Under the pieces are notes generated by a model. It was not told the origin of the DNA. It ran no database searches and saw only the letters and a program-made list of their open reading frames with translations. The position numbers were made by a program, and so were the translations under genes. DNA of 64,000 nt from a bacterium (GTDB lineage Bacteria > Hinthialibacterota > Hinthialibacteria > Hinthialibacterales > Hinthialibacteraceae). Position 1 is the first letter of the stretch. The number at the start of each line of letters is the position of its first letter. The stretch is taken from the NCBI GenBank assembly GCA_963662285.2, contig CAXXMV010000008.1, forward strand, positions 608,001 to 672,000, read 5' to 3'. Below are positions 40,341-49,787 of this stretch, one piece after another.

Positions 40341-41564
40341 ATGAAAAATCAAGATAAAACAAGACGAAGTTTTCTCAAAACAGGCGGCGCGTCGCTTGCC
40401 GCTATGTCAATATCATCATCTCAAATACTAAATGTAGGAGCAGCTTCCAAGAAGATCCGCATTGGCGTTGTCGGGGGAGGTTTTGGATGTAGCTTTCAAT
40501 GGCATGAACACCCCGATTGCATCGTCGAAGCGGTCAGCGATCTACGGACAGAACGCCTGGAAAGTTTGGTGAAAACCTATAACTGCCAGAAAACCTATCA
40601 CTCATTGGAAGAATTGGTCAAAGATCCCAAAATAGACGCCGTCGCGATTTTCACTGATGGTCCGCTCCATGTACAGCATGTGGTCGAAGCGATGAAACAT
40701 GGCAAACACGCCATTACCGCCGTCCCCGCCGCCTATGGCACGATGGAGCAGGCGGAACTCTTGTTTGATACAGTGAAGAAATATGGGCTTACCTATATGA
40801 TGGCGGAAACCAGTTATTATCAGCAACCTACTATTTCCGCACGGAAATTTTATAAAGAAGGAAAATTCGGGAATTTGTTTTATTGCGAATCCGAATATCA
40901 ACATGACGGTTTGGAGACTCTGTATTTTGAAAATGGAAAACGTACATGGCGGCACGGTATGGCGCCGATGCACTATCCCACACACTGCACCGCCCATCTG
41001 GTCAGCGTCACGGGAGAGCGTCTTACCGAAGTAACCTGCCATGGTTGGGGCAATGACGATCCTATCCTCAAAGACAATGTATATAACAATCCATTCTGGA
41101 ACGAGTCAGCCATGTTCAAGACTGACCGCGACCACGGTTTCCGGGTAAATGTCTGGTGGAAGGGCGCCCATCGCGGTTGCGAACGTTCGCAATGGATCGG
41201 CGATAAGATGAGTTTCTATGGCGCCAATCCCAACGGCGTAAGACCTGTGATAGTCCGTAAGGGAGAACAAACCGAGAAGGATGACGCCGGATTTGTTCGT
41301 AACCTCCCGAATTTCGAGCAATACGAACAGCCGGAATGGTGGAAAACCGACATGCTTCCCGAACCGTTGCGACATAATTCAGGTCACCACGGGTCTCATA
41401 CATTTCTGACTAACGAGTTTATCAACGCCCTGACCGAAGAGAGACGCCCCACAGTTGATGTCTACGAAGCGTTGAACTACACCGTACCGGGAATCATCGC
41501 CCATCAATCAGCATTGCAGGGAGGAAAATCCATGAAAATCCCTCAATACATAAGACCGGCTTAG
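40341..41564 (+). CDS. Tat-exported Gfo/Idh/MocA family oxidoreductase
   Basis: TRRSFLK signal; GVVGGGFG, MMAETSYY, MHYPTH and GHHGSH. Confidence 0.88.
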   Translation: MKNQDKTRRSFLKTGGASLAAMSISSSQILNVGAASKKIRIGVVGGGFGCSFQWHEHPDCIVEAVSDLRTERLESLVKTYNCQKTYHSLEELVKDPKIDAVAIFTDGPLHVQHVVEAMKHGKHAITAVPAAYGTMEQAELLFDTVKKYGLTYMMAETSYYQQPTISARKFYKEGKFGNLFYCESEYQHDGLETLYFENGKRTWRHGMAPMHYPTHCTAHLVSVTGERLTEVTCHGWGNDDPILKDNVYNNPFWNESAMFKTDRDHGFRVNVWWKGAHRGCERSQWIGDKMSFYGANPNGVRPVIVRKGEQTEKDDAGFVRNLPNFEQYEQPEWWKTDMLPEPLRHNSGHHGSHTFLTNEFINALTEERRPTVDVYEALNYTVPGIIAHQSALQGGKSMKIPQYIRPA

Positions 41565-41599
41565 ACGCAAAATATATAAGCGCATTATGGGAGATCAAC

Positions 41600-42694
41600 A
41601 TGGGAAAATTCTTGATAATAATACTGATTCTATTAATCATTAGTGGGATCGTATTTTACATATTTTCTAATTCCGGCCCAGCATTAACTACTCATCCCGG
41701 CGCTTCACAACTAAAAGTGACAGCTGCTGATGATGATGTACAAAAACTAACATCGGAAATTGAAAAAAAAGGCTGGATCGTCTACTGTGCGCGTAGCGAC
41801 AATGAAACATGGGACCTATTCGCATCCCGGCCTGATGGTTCCAACACGCGCAATATAACCAATACGCCTGATTATGAAGAAGCAGGCCCGATGTTTTCAC
41901 GGGACAACCAACAACTGCTTTTCCGGCGATTGAAAAAAGGAACCACGATCAATCACGATCTCTGGGGATTTGAAGGTCAGTTGATGATCGCTAGCGCCGA
42001 CGGCTCTAACGCCAAACCAATAGGCGCCGATAAGGAGTATGCCTGGGCCTCCTGGTCGCCGGATGGTAAATCAATACTATGTCTGACCCGCAAAGACATA
42101 CAAATTATCGATTTGTCGACTATGGAAATAAAGCGTACGATACCACGCAACGGTATATACCAACAACTTTTCTGGTCGCCTAATGGGAAATGGTTTACCG
42201 GAACCGGCAACATTTCCGGTAAACAATGGTGCGTCGTTCGCATGGACGCCGAAAGCGGCCAAATTAATCCGATCATCACTTTTCAAAGTTGCACTCCGGA
42301 TTGGGGCCCTGATTCAAACCATATTATTTTTTCATCACGTCCCGCCAACCAGTCTGCCAGCAACAGTTATGGATGGTCCCAACTTTATCTGGCCGATGGT
42401 GAAGGTAAGCAGATTGATCTGATATACGGCGAGGATGGTTCTCACATTTACGGTGGAACGCTTGCGCCGGACAGCGCCTATGCTCTATTTACAAAATGCG
42501 CCGCAGACGGCGGCGGCGCCGAACAATCCGGCGCCCCGATGTGCATTATGCGCATGAGCGATTCGCCAGCCATAACTGGAGAGAGTCCTTATTTACAGGA
42601 ACATTATCCTAACGCCAAAAACGCGCCCATCTTAACCTTAAGCAATGGCTGGGAACCAATATGGACTTATGCGGAGGTATTTTCTGAGAAATGA
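41600..42694 (+). CDS. TolB-like (PD40/WD40) beta-propeller periplasmic protein
   Basis: N-terminal anchor; repeated WSPDGK / WSPNGK / PDWGPD units. Confidence 0.8.
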   Translation: MGKFLIIILILLIISGIVFYIFSNSGPALTTHPGASQLKVTAADDDVQKLTSEIEKKGWIVYCARSDNETWDLFASRPDGSNTRNITNTPDYEEAGPMFSRDNQQLLFRRLKKGTTINHDLWGFEGQLMIASADGSNAKPIGADKEYAWASWSPDGKSILCLTRKDIQIIDLSTMEIKRTIPRNGIYQQLFWSPNGKWFTGTGNISGKQWCVVRMDAESGQINPIITFQSCTPDWGPDSNHIIFSSRPANQSASNSYGWSQLYLADGEGKQIDLIYGEDGSHIYGGTLAPDSAYALFTKCAADGGGAEQSGAPMCIMRMSDSPAITGESPYLQEHYPNAKNAPILTLSNGWEPIWTYAEVFSEK

Positions 42695-43173
42695 TAACGA
42701 CATGGCATTGCACCAAGAAATTTTTTACTCTGATTCCCGTTCTACTTTTAATGTTCTGCATTTGCTGCTCGCCTAAGCCGGATTCCGGCGAAGACGCGCA
42801 AGTCACCAGCAAGGGCAGTTTCGAAGTAACGGCGCAACTGATGGAGATTCCTGAACCTTTTCCCGACATCCCTCTTTACGATTATGCTTTCGTATTGAAA
42901 TACAAGGTGCTGACAAAACACCGGGGTGACCTGGATTCCGAAATAATATACATCGGGCACTACAATCCACTCAAAGCCCGAAACAAAGTAGCCGACGTCC
43001 GTTCGGGCGACATCGGCGGAAACCTCAAAAAATTCAAAGCAGGCGACATCCATCGTATGGCGCTAGAGGTCAACATCGACGATTTCTTCATGGGGGGAAT
43101 CATAAACAAGTATTTTGAACAAGAGACCGGCCCTATCTACTGGGCTGTTTGGACCAATCGGGTAATTCAATAA
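42691..43173 (+). CDS. Hypothetical lipoprotein
   Basis: Hydrophobic stretch ending in ...FCICC-SPK; ATGA overlap with the upstream gene. Confidence 0.7.
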   Translation: MITTWHCTKKFFTLIPVLLLMFCICCSPKPDSGEDAQVTSKGSFEVTAQLMEIPEPFPDIPLYDYAFVLKYKVLTKHRGDLDSEIIYIGHYNPLKARNKVADVRSGDIGGNLKKFKAGDIHRMALEVNIDDFFMGGIINKYFEQETGPIYWAVWTNRVIQ

Positions 43174-43177
43174 TCTT

Positions 43178-44578
43178 ATGGTTTTTACATCACATATTTT
43201 CATCTTCTACTTTTTGCCTGTTGTTCTGTTTACATATTACCTGTTGCCGAAATATCGTAACCTGTTTCTCCTGGCGGCCAGTTACGCCTTTTATGGCTGG
43301 TGGGATCCCTGGTTCGTATTTCTGATGTTCTTCGCCACTCTGGTGAATTACATTGGTGGACATGTGATTGCAAAGTCGAGCGGCAATGAACCAAGGAGAT
43401 ATATAGCGCTTGTCGTCTCCGTGGCAGTCAGTTTGAGTCTGCTGGGATTCTTCAAATACTTTATGTTTTTCCAACAGAACCTGACCTGGATATTAGAACA
43501 ATTCGGCTCGTCGGCGCTGCCATTTATCCAGGTTATCCTTCCGATTGGAATCTCGTTCTTTATTTTCCAAAGCATCAGTTATACGGTTGATGTTTATAGA
43601 GGCGACGCACCGCCGGTTCGGTCGTTATGGGATTTCGCCTGCTTTGTGGCCCTCTTTCCCCAATTGATAGCCGGGCCGATTGTCCGTTATAACACCATAG
43701 CAGATCAGCTGGTTTCCCGGACGCATTCCATCGACAAATTCTCTTCCGGCGTTGCCTTGTTCATCCTGGGATTCGCCAAAAAACTATTCCTGGCTAATTT
43801 CATCGGCAAAGTTGCGGATGCCGTATTCAATGCTGAAGCCCCTGGAATGCTTGACGCCTGGTTTGGCGTCACGGCATACGCCTTTCAAATCTATTTTGAT
43901 TTCTCCGCCTATTCCGATATGGCTATCGGGCTGGGGCGCATGTTTGGCTTCGAGTTTCCCCGCAATTTCAATGCTCCCTATCACGCCGACAGCATCACGG
44001 ATTTCTGGCGGCGCTGGCATATTTCCCTGTCAACATTCCTGCGCGACTACTTGTACATACCACTAGGTGGAAGCCGCAAGGGCGCAAAGCGCACCTACAT
44101 CAATTTGACCATTGTCATGTTGCTTGGTGGTTTATGGCATGGCTCAAGTTGGGTCTTCGTGATTTGGGGGGCGTATCACGGCTTACTGCTGGCGTTTGAA
44201 CGCTGGCGGGGCAAAAAAAGTATATTCGATTCATTGCCCCGTTTCGTGCGGGTGCTTACCACTTTTGTTCTGGTGTTGTTCTCATGGGTCTTATTCCGCT
44301 GCCCTACCCTTGAAGGCGCCGTACACTTTTTCAAGGCCATGTTCGCCATCAACCAAGCTGATAATGGCTCAATATTATTATCAGCGGAACTCTATACCCA
44401 AGGCAATTTTATCTTAATGGTTCTTTGCGCTGTGTTAGCATATCAGAATGTGCAAGCGTTTGATTGGGTAAAGAATTTGACATGGATCAAGGTAGTTTTA
44501 CTGCTGATGCTATTCTGTGTTTCATTGATGGTCATGTTTGCGCAAACCTTTAATCCATTTTTATATTTCCAATTTTAA
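43178..44578 (+). CDS. MBOAT family O-acyltransferase (AlgI/PatA-like)
   Basis: LPIGISFFIFQ, FPQLIAGPIVRY, QIYFDFSAYSDMAIG, FWRRWHISLS, GLWHG; ends FLYFQF. Confidence 0.95.
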   Translation: MVFTSHIFIFYFLPVVLFTYYLLPKYRNLFLLAASYAFYGWWDPWFVFLMFFATLVNYIGGHVIAKSSGNEPRRYIALVVSVAVSLSLLGFFKYFMFFQQNLTWILEQFGSSALPFIQVILPIGISFFIFQSISYTVDVYRGDAPPVRSLWDFACFVALFPQLIAGPIVRYNTIADQLVSRTHSIDKFSSGVALFILGFAKKLFLANFIGKVADAVFNAEAPGMLDAWFGVTAYAFQIYFDFSAYSDMAIGLGRMFGFEFPRNFNAPYHADSITDFWRRWHISLSTFLRDYLYIPLGGSRKGAKRTYINLTIVMLLGGLWHGSSWVFVIWGAYHGLLLAFERWRGKKSIFDSLPRFVRVLTTFVLVLFSWVLFRCPTLEGAVHFFKAMFAINQADNGSILLSAELYTQGNFILMVLCAVLAYQNVQAFDWVKNLTWIKVVLLLMLFCVSLMVMFAQTFNPFLYFQF

Positions 44579-44593
44579 TATTACGGTGACTCG

Positions 44594-45721
44594 ATGGAAA
44601 AGACATATAAATATTTACTGAGTATGGTTTTCGTACTTATCATTTGCACCGAAGGCATTCTGCAATCAGTGATCGAAGCAGCCGATGGCGAGCGTCCATT
44701 CATTATTGAATTATTCTTGCAGAATCCCAACCGGACGAACTTAAGAACATTCGAAAATGAACTGGAAAATAGAAGTTATCTATCGAATAAAACTCAACCA
44801 TTCATGCGTTCCCTGCAATACACTGTACTTAAGGATACCGGCGACAAAGCGCTGATGGGTAAAGATGGATGGTTCTTTTACAAACCGGGCGTTCGTTATC
44901 TAATCGAACCTTGGCCTTCTAAATCCAGACAAGTTTCAGAGCATGATAATATTATATCCGCCATCACCGATTTCCGTGATCAACTTAATTCCAGAGGAAT
45001 TCAACTATTGCTTCTCCCGACGCCGGGAAAAGCCAGCGTCTATCCAGAAATGTTGACATCCAGGACAGAAAAAGAACACAATCCAGTTTACGCTCAAACC
45101 CGAAAAATTCTGAACGATATCCAGGCGGCGGGAATCGAACTAATTGATCTTTTTTCACTTTACCAACAAGAATCAGTTCGTCATGAACCACTCTATCTTA
45201 AACAGGATACTCACTGGTCAACCTATGGCATGCAATTAGCCGCCCAACATACCTCAGAACGCTTGATTGCACTTGAATGGGTGAATCGCAAAACCAAAGA
45301 TTATACTTTGAAACCAGTCGCATTCTCACGATATGGTGATGTCCTCCGTATGATTAAACTGCCAACCTTTGAACGGCAATATGAACCAGAACTTTTGAAA
45401 TGCACACAGGTGATCGATCCCTCAAACGGGTTGCCATACCAGGATGATCCTTTATCAGAAATTCTCGTTATCGGTGATAGTTTCCTGAGAATCTACGAAC
45501 GGGATGAACCCGGATCAGCTGGTTTTGTCTCTCACCTGGCCTATGAAATGAAAACCCCGGTCACGTCAATCATCAACGATGGAGGCGCATCCACCCTGGT
45601 TCGTCAAGAACTATCCCGCAAGTCAAATTTATTGCAAAACAAAAAAGTTGTAATCTGGGAATTCGTAGAACGTGATCTTCTCTACGGAATTGAAGGCTGG
45701 AAAAAAATAGCCATGCGATAG
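44594..45721 (+). CDS. AlgJ/AlgX-like SGNH O-acetyltransferase
   Basis: GKDGWFFY, P-x-K-xx-VYPE, DTHW, IGDSF and VIWEFVER. Confidence 0.88.
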   Translation: MEKTYKYLLSMVFVLIICTEGILQSVIEAADGERPFIIELFLQNPNRTNLRTFENELENRSYLSNKTQPFMRSLQYTVLKDTGDKALMGKDGWFFYKPGVRYLIEPWPSKSRQVSEHDNIISAITDFRDQLNSRGIQLLLLPTPGKASVYPEMLTSRTEKEHNPVYAQTRKILNDIQAAGIELIDLFSLYQQESVRHEPLYLKQDTHWSTYGMQLAAQHTSERLIALEWVNRKTKDYTLKPVAFSRYGDVLRMIKLPTFERQYEPELLKCTQVIDPSNGLPYQDDPLSEILVIGDSFLRIYERDEPGSAGFVSHLAYEMKTPVTSIINDGGASTLVRQELSRKSNLLQNKKVVIWEFVERDLLYGIEGWKKIAMR

Positions 45722-45834
45722 CCTATTAGAGCGATGACCAAAATTATATTCGTCTATCATTACCTTTGTTCTTCGTAGAAGCCAATCTTTTTTGGCTTCT
45801 ACGAATTGCATTATGCGCGTTTAACGGGATCATA

Positions 45835-48513
45835 CTACTCTTCAGTTTGAATATTCGGCAATACAACCAAGGGTGGGAAATTGGAATCCACTGTTACCTG
45901 GTCAAAAACCTGTACTTCCGAAAGCAGCACGCCCCATTCTGGACGGCAAGCGCAGGTAACGCGAATATAACGGGCTTTCAACGGCTTGTCGAAAATTACA
46001 CGATAACCGTAATGCAGACGCCCTCCGGCTGGTAGTGACGCAAACTGTGGATCATCATCATGTTCCCATGGAACAAAGTCCGCAGGTGGATTGAATACCT
46101 GGTCATGTTCAGCATATCCTGCCTGTATCCAGGATCGGCCATCCGTTGAAATTTCAACGTCAATCCGGTCCGGGTACGCAAAACGGTATCCTTCAATCGG
46201 TTTGACTTCCGGTTGCCCTGCGTATACCCGCATGGCCGATACCGTCTGTGGTTCTTCCAGGTCCAATGTTACCACTGGCGAGACATCTTTATCAAACATG
46301 ACATTAGTGGGCATATACTTCTCGGATACATAATCATCGGGTGGAGCAACGATGCCATCCGTAAGATCGTGGTCACTGTCAGGATTGCGTTTACTCTGTG
46401 ATCCATCTAAATGGTAAGGTTTGTGAAGCGCCAGATTGGTTCCCCATTGATATCTTTCCCAAGCCGGTTCATCTTTTGACCCCACGTCTTCACCATCGTT
46501 ATAACCATACCGGATAGGGCGGTCGAGTCCATATCCCTGTAGGTTTAGGCGAACCCATTGCATAGTGGGATCCCGGTAGCCGCCCACGTTAATGCAGTAT
46601 TCGTGTTTTAAGGATGTAACAAGTTCAGTATGAGTACGCGTCACATCGCCCGTTTTACGGTGTTCTGTCCAACAATATGTCACTTCAAGGGGAGCGAAAG
46701 CTGTTTGTCGCGGCTCGCGTCGAACGCAGAACGCTGCCGATTGAATCCCCGGAGCGCCATATCCAATAGCTCCATCAAACTCATAACGCAAGAAGATTGT
46801 AGTGGCGCCGGTAGGTATATTTGAAGATTTTACATCAAGCCAAACCATATGATCCCTTGGCATGGAATCATCAGTTTGTTCAAAGTCTTTTGTAAAAGTT
46901 TCACCATCCCAGGAATGGAGAAGAGCGACTCGTTGACCACCGTTATAAACAGTCACATTTCCTCCATACGAAAAGTCATTAATCGGTTTAGGCGTCTCCA
47001 CTTTCCATGTGACATACGCTGGCCGTCCTTTTTCTTTCGGACGGAGTGTGGCTTTATAGAAACCAGGTTTCGGTTCAACTTCAATATTATCTTCTGCGAA
47101 GATAGTCTTCTTATATCTTCCATCCTGTAAAGCCGGGCGTAGAAACAAAGTTTCTACGGGACGCCCAATTTTGGCTTGTACGCGATTAACTCCACGAGTG
47201 AGTTTAGGTAAGGCTGGCCGATTGAGCTGCGTGATTGTTTTAATCACCAGTGCGTCCAATCCAATCCCCGTTGGATCATCCGATTTCATTTTGATCTTTA
47301 CAAGATACTGAGTGACGCCGGCAACAGCATCGCTAAGCGTAATCTCCTCCAAATCGATTTTACCTGTTTTTGCAGCTGTCCATGTCTGAATCCAGTTGAT
47401 CCCCCCATCACGGGATACCGACAAAGTCATTGCATCACTTTTCTTTGACCTAGTACCGTTGATGCGAATTCGAGCCGAGGTCACTACATTAGCTGCATTA
47501 ATTTTGAAAATAACCACACCCGGCGCGTCCCCCTGCTTTGGATGGATTGCCGGCAAGTCTGCATGTTGTTCCCATGATAGCCCTGACTCACTGTAAACAA
47601 GGTCTTTTACCGTAGAGTCCTTCAGGTCAGGCGCAAACTCCCATACGCCGTTAGCGCGGAAATTTCCATGACCATGCTCTTTCTCTGCATCCGTCCCATT
47701 GGGCAGTGGGCGGTAAAAGTGAGCGTCAGGTTGCGGTTCATCGAGTCTCTTAAAATAGCGTGTATAATTCTCACAGGGACGTAAATTCAAGACATAAGGT
47801 TGGCCCCAGCGTGTTAATAGATTGAATTCCTGGATATCGTTCGGTGGAAGGAATGAATCCACCCCGTTAGCGAGGCTTCGTTTATAAAGAACAGGACGGT
47901 CAGCAGCGCATCGCCAGCCTTGATGATCGTTCACGTCATTCACTGGATTTGTTCCGCATTCCGGCGCGAAATTTTTCAAGTAGAGATTTGGATTTTGTTC
48001 GATCTCCCGCGTTGATGCGACCTCACCCTTCTCATTAAATACATAAATGCTCATTGAAGCGTCAAACATATGCCAGTTGTTGCCGCCATCCCAGGATGTT
48101 TCACACACAGTGTGATCGCCCAGCTGAACATAGTGCGCTTTCCAGCCCATATTTAACCAGAAAGTGTTATTCAAGCCTGAAACGATGCCACAGTTACAGT
48201 GGCCATAACTGTTGAAAAGCAGCATCGGATCAATAACCAGTGCGCCATCTTCGACAGGATTGGAGGTTTGTTTGCGAAGCCGCTGTGACCAACGCCAGAT
48301 GTTGATTGCTTTGTCTTGCGGTTTGTCAAACTGTGAAGTAATAGACCATAGATAATGTTCCAGGTCTGTCATATCCGGTGCGTTATCAGTCACAATCGTA
48401 ACGTTATAAGCCGCACCATTACCATCAGATGATAGAACAACACTGGCATGTATGGATAACATACCCAAAAACAGCATCAGGGATGCAATAAAAACAAGTT
48501 TAGATTTCATCAT
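45835..48513 (-). CDS. Large secreted protein with transglutaminase-like Cys-His-Asp core and C-terminal discoidin (F5/8 type C) domain
   Basis: Signal peptide; SYGHCNCG...GDHTVCE...WHMFD; C-terminal NLALHK...LTDG...LDLEEP...ARYIRV...SEVQVF. Confidence 0.72.
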   Translation of the reverse strand: MMKSKLVFIASLMLFLGMLSIHASVVLSSDGNGAAYNVTIVTDNAPDMTDLEHYLWSITSQFDKPQDKAINIWRWSQRLRKQTSNPVEDGALVIDPMLLFNSYGHCNCGIVSGLNNTFWLNMGWKAHYVQLGDHTVCETSWDGGNNWHMFDASMSIYVFNEKGEVASTREIEQNPNLYLKNFAPECGTNPVNDVNDHQGWRCAADRPVLYKRSLANGVDSFLPPNDIQEFNLLTRWGQPYVLNLRPCENYTRYFKRLDEPQPDAHFYRPLPNGTDAEKEHGHGNFRANGVWEFAPDLKDSTVKDLVYSESGLSWEQHADLPAIHPKQGDAPGVVIFKINAANVVTSARIRINGTRSKKSDAMTLSVSRDGGINWIQTWTAAKTGKIDLEEITLSDAVAGVTQYLVKIKMKSDDPTGIGLDALVIKTITQLNRPALPKLTRGVNRVQAKIGRPVETLFLRPALQDGRYKKTIFAEDNIEVEPKPGFYKATLRPKEKGRPAYVTWKVETPKPINDFSYGGNVTVYNGGQRVALLHSWDGETFTKDFEQTDDSMPRDHMVWLDVKSSNIPTGATTIFLRYEFDGAIGYGAPGIQSAAFCVRREPRQTAFAPLEVTYCWTEHRKTGDVTRTHTELVTSLKHEYCINVGGYRDPTMQWVRLNLQGYGLDRPIRYGYNDGEDVGSKDEPAWERYQWGTNLALHKPYHLDGSQSKRNPDSDHDLTDGIVAPPDDYVSEKYMPTNVMFDKDVSPVVTLDLEEPQTVSAMRVYAGQPEVKPIEGYRFAYPDRIDVEISTDGRSWIQAGYAEHDQVFNPPADFVPWEHDDDPQFASLPAGGRLHYGYRVIFDKPLKARYIRVTCACRPEWGVLLSEVQVFDQVTVDSNFPPLVVLPNIQTEE

Positions 48514-48687
48514 CAAATTCCACCTGTTCGTTGTAATTATTGAAATCAACATAAATATTATGTCAACTATTATACAATACTAGCGTTACCCTGGTCTTCT
48601 ATTGTATTATTAATAAGGAACATATATCGATTTCAATACGACTGATTATAAGTATATATTTGATCGGCGTTTCAATGGAGAATAGCG

Positions 48688-49785
48688 ATTATTACTCGTA
48701 TCTTTTTTATCCTGATAATTTTCGTCTCTGGTTTCTTCCTGGTGCAATGGGAACTTCTTCCATTACTGGAAACAAATGAATCCAAACCAGAAATAGAACA
48801 GATAAAGGGCGTTCCCGACGTTCGCGTTATAACACAGCCCATCAAAATCACATCGAACGATATCAATTTCGAAGTGATGGGTTCTGGCCGGGCCAGGCAA
48901 TCCGTGCAAATCTATCCGGCGGTAACTGAAGAAATAACTGCGCTATATTTCAAGGCTGGAGATAAAGTTAAAGCAGGCGCCATCCTGGTTCAATTGGATG
49001 ACCGGGAAGAAAATCTTGCTGTTCAGATGGCCGAAGTCCGGCTCAAAGATGCACAAAGTTTATTAAAACGTTATCAATTGGCGGTCAAAGACGGCGCTGT
49101 TCCAGAAAGTGATGTAGATTCTGCTCAGGCCGCGGTCGATGTCGCCCAAGTTGTGTTGGCTCAAGCAAAACTGGCCGTCGAAGAAAGAAAAATTCGCGCT
49201 CCATTCGATGGCGTCCTTGGTATACCCCGTGTAGACCCAGGCGAAAGAGTCAGCGGTAATACCCTGATTACCAGTATTGATGACCGTTCCATATTGCATG
49301 TTGATTTTGAGGTTCCCGAAGTGTTGGCGGTTGAACTTAAAAAAGAAAACACAATTACCGCGCACACGCCTGCCTATCCCAACATAACCTTTACCGGCGC
49401 GATAGAGGCGCTTGAAAGCCGGGTGGATCGTCAAAAAAGAACCATTATGACGCGCGCCAGCATTAAGAATGATCAAGATCTGCTTCGCCCCGGTATGTCA
49501 TTTATGACCCGCCTGGAAATAGCTGGCAAAGATTACCCAACCGTTCCTGAGATTTCCTTACAATGGGGTCGGGATGGTTCTTTTATATGGGTTATCCGCG
49601 ATAATCTCGCCAAACGCATCCCCGTTCGCGTGGTCGCCAGAACCGCAGGAGATGTTTTAGTTGAAAGTGAAATCGATGAGACCGATCAAGTTGTGGTCGA
49701 AGGATTGCAACGTTTACAGCCTGACCGCAAAGTCATTGTATCCAGTAATACCAAATCCTCCGAATTATTAACAAAGAGTCCATAA
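48688..49785 (+). CDS. RND efflux periplasmic adaptor (membrane fusion protein)
   Basis: GDKVKAGAILVQLD, IRAPFDG and LLRPGMS. The TM anchor lies upstream of the GTG at 48742, so the start is inferred at ATT 48688. Confidence 0.9.
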   Translation: MITRIFFILIIFVSGFFLVQWELLPLLETNESKPEIEQIKGVPDVRVITQPIKITSNDINFEVMGSGRARQSVQIYPAVTEEITALYFKAGDKVKAGAILVQLDDREENLAVQMAEVRLKDAQSLLKRYQLAVKDGAVPESDVDSAQAAVDVAQVVLAQAKLAVEERKIRAPFDGVLGIPRVDPGERVSGNTLITSIDDRSILHVDFEVPEVLAVELKKENTITAHTPAYPNITFTGAIEALESRVDRQKRTIMTRASIKNDQDLLRPGMSFMTRLEIAGKDYPTVPEISLQWGRDGSFIWVIRDNLAKRIPVRVVARTAGDVLVESEIDETDQVVVEGLQRLQPDRKVIVSSNTKSSELLTKSP

Positions 49786-49787
49786 TC

